Below, in pieces: positions 60,421 through 64,000 of a stretch of DNA of 64,000 nucleotides. This DNA comes from Malassezia furfur (lineage: Eukaryota), in the NCBI GenBank assembly GCA_052055015.1, contig JBQJIT010000005.1; one strand, 5' to 3'. The translations under genes and the position numbers were made by a program. The notes under the pieces are model-generated. The model did not search any database. It saw only the letters and a list, made by a program, of their open reading frames with translations, and was not told the origin of the DNA. Position 1 is the first letter of the stretch, and each line of letters opens with the position of its first letter.

Positions 60421-61378
60421 ATGCCATTCCTTGGACGGCGTCTCCTGTGCGCGGCTCGAGGCGCGCATCCCCGGTACCCACCTACGGCGTTTGCCGTCTC
60501 CCTTCTGCACACAACGCCACGCCACATGTCGTCGAGCGACACACCGCCGCTATTTACCCCGACGCCCCCCGAACTGATCCGCGAGCGCGGACCGTACGTC
60601 CGCACGGCCGCTTGCCTGATCATCGGCGATGAGGTGCTCAACGGCAAGACCCTCGACACCAACAGCAACAAGCTCGCGAAACTCTGCTTTGAGCTGGGTA
60701 TTGAGCTGAAGCGCACCGAGGTCATCCCGGACGACGAAGAGACGATTGCCGAGTCGGCCCAGCGCCTCTCACGCGCCTACGACTGGGTCGTGACGAGTGG
60801 TGGGATCGGGCCGACGCCGGACGACGTCACATATGCATCGCTTGCCAAAGCATTTGGCAACGTTGCGCTCGAGCACGACCAGGAGACGATCCGGCGCATG
60901 CAAATCAGCCTCGCGCACCGCATGAACTTGGCCGAGGTCCCTGACGAGGTGACACAGGCGCGGCACCGCATGGCGCTCTTCCCCGCCAACGCCGAGATTA
61001 TCTTCCCCGCGCGCGAGTTCTGGGTGCCTGTTGTGCGCGTCAACGGCAACGTGTGCATTCTGCCCGGCGTGCCACGCATTTTCGAGGGACTCCTCCACGC
61101 CTTTGCGCCATACTTGCGTCTCGACCCCGCGGCGCCCAAGCCGATCCGGCGCCTGATTGAGGTACACCAGCCGGAGAGTGCGCTGAGCCCGGTACGTCGC
61201 ATCGCTGACCCAGCTTCTCACGCGCCTCACGCGCGATGGCAAGCAGGACAACATCCGCGTCGGCTCCTACCCCAAGTGGAACGCGGGGGTACACGTCTCG
61301 TTGATTGGCTACGATGCAAGTGTAATCGACCGTTATGTCAACGAGGTCGTGCGCGAGACGGGTGGCACGATTCTCTAG
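60421..61378 (+). CDS. Molybdopterin-binding/CinA-N domain protein (FAD pyrophosphatase Fpy1-like)
   Basis: AACLIIGDEVLNGKTLDTNS, TSGGIGPTPDDVT, LPGVP, IGSYP-like RVGSYP; presequence-like N-terminus; intron 61192-61213. Confidence 0.78.
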
Positions 61379-62969
61379 AGCGGCTCCGTGTAGTTCGAAG
61401 GGAACCTGTGTAAGTAGTGCACACGTACATTCCCGAAGCGGGTTTCTCGTCCCCAAACGCCGCCGCCAGCTCTCCTGTCCACCAGTCCGTCTCGTTGTTG
61501 GTGCGTCGCGTTACGCGGATAATGTCGCCGCGCTTGAACGACAGGTCCGTGGGTTCCTGTGCGTCAAAGTCGTGCAACGCCACGACTAAGTCGCCTTCCA
61601 GTAGCTCGGGAGGAATGAACGCCGGCGTGGCCGCCGACGCCGGGGCGGGCGCTTGGGCGCGGGTCGGCGCCGGTGCCGGCGCGTCCAGCTCATCGTCGTC
61701 TAGGTTCAGCAGCCGCGTACGTGCGCGTGGCGCCCGCGGCTTGTACGGCAGGGAGGCGGCGGCGGGCACATCGCTGCCTCCGCCGCTCGCCGGTTGCGGG
61801 TCCGCGAACGGATCGTCGTCCGCCGGCGCCGGCTCGTCCAGCGCATCATCGACCGGCGGACGCACACGCCGGCTGCGGTACGGCTTGTACGCACCGCCCG
61901 TTGCGGCCCCCGTGTGCGTGTCGAGGTCGGTGCCGGGCGCATAGGCCGCCGCCGAGCGCTCCTGGGCGCTGTTCCGCGCAGGCGCCGCACGGGCGCCATA
62001 CGACGAGCGCGACGTGTACGATGACGCGTCTTCGTCCGCACGGCTACCAGAAAGACTTGCGCTCTGCAGCTGCGCGTCCAAATCGTCCATCGGCTCGCGC
62101 GCACGCGGCGGACGGGGCGCGGCGCGGCGCGTCGTCAGCTGGCGGCGCGGCGCGTATGCGGCCGCCGAGCCGGGCGGTACATCGAGTTCCGACGTCGAGT
62201 CGCTCAGCATCGACGCGTTGTCGGCCCCGACGGCGCTCCCGCCGGTGATCTCCTCAAGACGACCCACGAGCGGCATTGCAAACTGCGGGGGCTCGACGTG
62301 GCCCGTGAGGATCTCTTGCGCACTAAGTTGCTCGCCGTACGTCTTGCGGTTGGCATCAGGGCGGTCGAGCAGGACAGTGCCCTCGATCGTCACGCCGCCA
62401 TACAAGCCGCGGCTCATGCTGTAGCTAAACATCGCCGACATCTTCATCTCGGCATTCAACGCGGCACTCGCCTCGCCTGAGCGCCCAAGCGGCCCGACGG
62501 CCAGCGCCAGGTTTCCACCAAGCTGCAGTGAGCCGGACGACATAAAGGTGCGCACGGCCGCGCGCGAGTTGAGCACAATCAGGAAATCAACCATCTCAGC
62601 GCCGGCGTTGAAGCCGCCGCCCAACCCGCCGATACCGATCGCCGTAGGCGCCGACCATTCTGCGTGAGGGAGCGTAGGACGTACCGCCATTCGGCAGCTT
62701 GGCAAGCACCACGCCTGTACCGGCGCGCGCGCTCATTAGGAACCCGATCCGGTATACGGTAAAGCTGCGTCAGTGCGCGGCGACCCACATCGCGATGCCC
62801 TTAGCCTTGCGCATGACGCTCGACGGGATCACCCTGTCGAGCGAGCTCGTGGTGCCCGGCTGGCAGAATTTGTCGAGGATCTGCGTGAGCAGCGTCGACG
62901 TGCCTTCTTCGCCCTGCGCACATCCGACTCCATCGTCGTCCTCCGGTGAGCGGGGTCGCCACGTGGCAT
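61375..62969 (-). CDS. Ysc84/Lsb3 (SYLF + SH3) actin-patch protein
   Basis: SYLF WSAPTAIG..DFLIVLN, SH3 ALHDF..WWTG..GMFPSNY; introns 62881-62903 (GC-AG), 62765-62788, 62660-62684 and 61406-61428; start at 62969 or 62933. Confidence 0.88.
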
Positions 62970-63174
62970 GATAGGGTCCGGGCGCCAGCGCGTGCGCACC
63001 GCACCACAACAGCACCGCAACTACAGGGCTACAGAGGACGCACCGAGCGACGTACACGCCCTGCATGGTCAGTACCATCGCGTTGGCCGCGAGGGCGCGC
63101 GCGTCGTCGTTGTCGCCGGCGCCTGCGCGTCCGCACGGGCCATGCCACGTGGATGCCGGCGTCCTCCAGCGACC

Positions 63175-64000
63175 ATGGGGGTGCCGCCGCGGCCTGCCGA
63201 GGAGCTCGCGGAGCTGCGGCGCACAGAGAAAGAAGCCATTGAGTCCATCCTTGGCGATGACTTTGCCGTCGTCCCGTCGACGGCGTGGCATGGCGCTGCG
63301 CAGGTCGAGACGTACGAGGTGGTGCTGCGCCCGGAAGACGAGTCACAAAAGGCGCACATCGCGGTGGTGGTGCGCCTCACGCTCACACGCACCTACCCCA
63401 ACACGGTACCGAGCGTGCAGGTGCGCAGCAATGATCCACGTACGCACGGACTCGCTGCTGAGCAGCTCGCGGCACTCGGCGAGACGCTGCATGCCAAGGC
63501 ACGCACGCTCCTCGGCGCCGAAATGGTGTGGGAGCTGGTGAGCGCCGGGCAAGAGTTTATCAGCGTGTACAATACGGCGCCCGTCCGCGACTCTTCCACA
63601 TCCCGCCTAAGTCTCGAGGAACGCATGAAGCAGCGCGCACGCACCGAGCAGCAGGACGAGGCGCGCCGTGCCCAAGAGCAACACGCCCAGGAAGAAGAGG
63701 CCGAGCGCGCGCGCGAGCAGCAGCTTGCGGATGAAATTGAGAAGGCAACACAGCGGCAAAAGGCCGCCATCCGCGAGGAGCGCAAGAAACTGCGCGACGC
63801 GCCGATGCCCACGCCTGCTGTCCCCGCGCCCACCGAGGCGCGCCGCGTCGACTGGGAGCGTGCGGACGCCGAGGCGTTTGCGCTTGAGGCCGTGCGCATC
63901 GACGACCACACTATGCGGCGGGGCACGCTGCTTGAGACGCACGCGCTCACGCACAGCTTCCTCGCGATGCCGTCCGAGGCAATGCCGGGCACGATGCTGT
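63175..64000 (+). CDS. GCN2: eIF2-alpha kinase Gcn2, N-terminal RWD domain and charged linker (3' end outside window)
   Basis: My translation: EKEAIESILGDDF...TYPNTVP...LLGAEMVWELV...SLEERMKQR, an RWD domain plus coiled region typical of Gcn2. Confidence 0.78.
   Translation, partial: MGVPPRPAEELAELRRTEKEAIESILGDDFAVVPSTAWHGAAQVETYEVVLRPEDESQKAHIAVVVRLTLTRTYPNTVPSVQVRSNDPRTHGLAAEQLAALGETLHAKARTLLGAEMVWELVSAGQEFISVYNTAPVRDSSTSRLSLEERMKQRARTEQQDEARRAQEQHAQEEEAERAREQQLADEIEKATQRQKAAIREERKKLRDAPMPTPAVPAPTEARRVDWERADAEAFALEAVRIDDHTMRRGTLLETHALTHSFLAMPSEAMPGTML

Noticed and set aside
5875..64000. Functional clustering (two mitochondrial aaRS, two Nat subunits, two GPI genes, IRE1/UPF1/GCN2/eIF5/eIF3j)
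   Set aside because: The members are not adjacent, and such co-occurrence is expected in a housekeeping-rich compact genome

Overview
Gene-dense, GC-rich eukaryotic DNA from a basidiomycete yeast. The compaction, tiny GT-AG introns and Ustilaginomycotina-like proteins suggest Malassezia, but that is inference. About 33 protein-coding genes are packed almost without spacers: dynactin p150 (5'-truncated), peroxisomal Lon, mitochondrial GluRS and IleRS, an NKAP-like protein, eIF5, TRS31, IRE1, GET3, NAT3, UVRAG/Vps38-like, CDC45, a SNF2/STH1 remodeler, a universal stress protein, RPL3, SNT2-like, a Pcl-type cyclin, a Usv1/NsdC-like C2H2 factor, a hexose transporter, SF3B4, PER1, eIF3j, ABD1, MAK10, PIG-U, MO25, AP-1 gamma, an MFS transporter, UPF1, a 4CL-like ligase, an FPY1-like protein, YSC84/LSB3 and GCN2 (3'-truncated). 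I found no mobile elements, CRISPR arrays, tRNA or rRNA, and no novel protein-coding system. The notable signals are architectural: 21-27 nt micro-introns, at least nine of them in-frame and stop-free; two GC-AG micro-introns; a CACGTG box in many short intergenic spacers; divergent start codons only 38-90 nt apart; convergent genes sharing a CTAG stop palindrome; uORFs before eIF5 and the cyclin; an NKAP-like protein lacking its conserved core; and two candidate structured non-coding elements. All splice sites were inferred by eye, from consensus and restoration of conserved reading frames.
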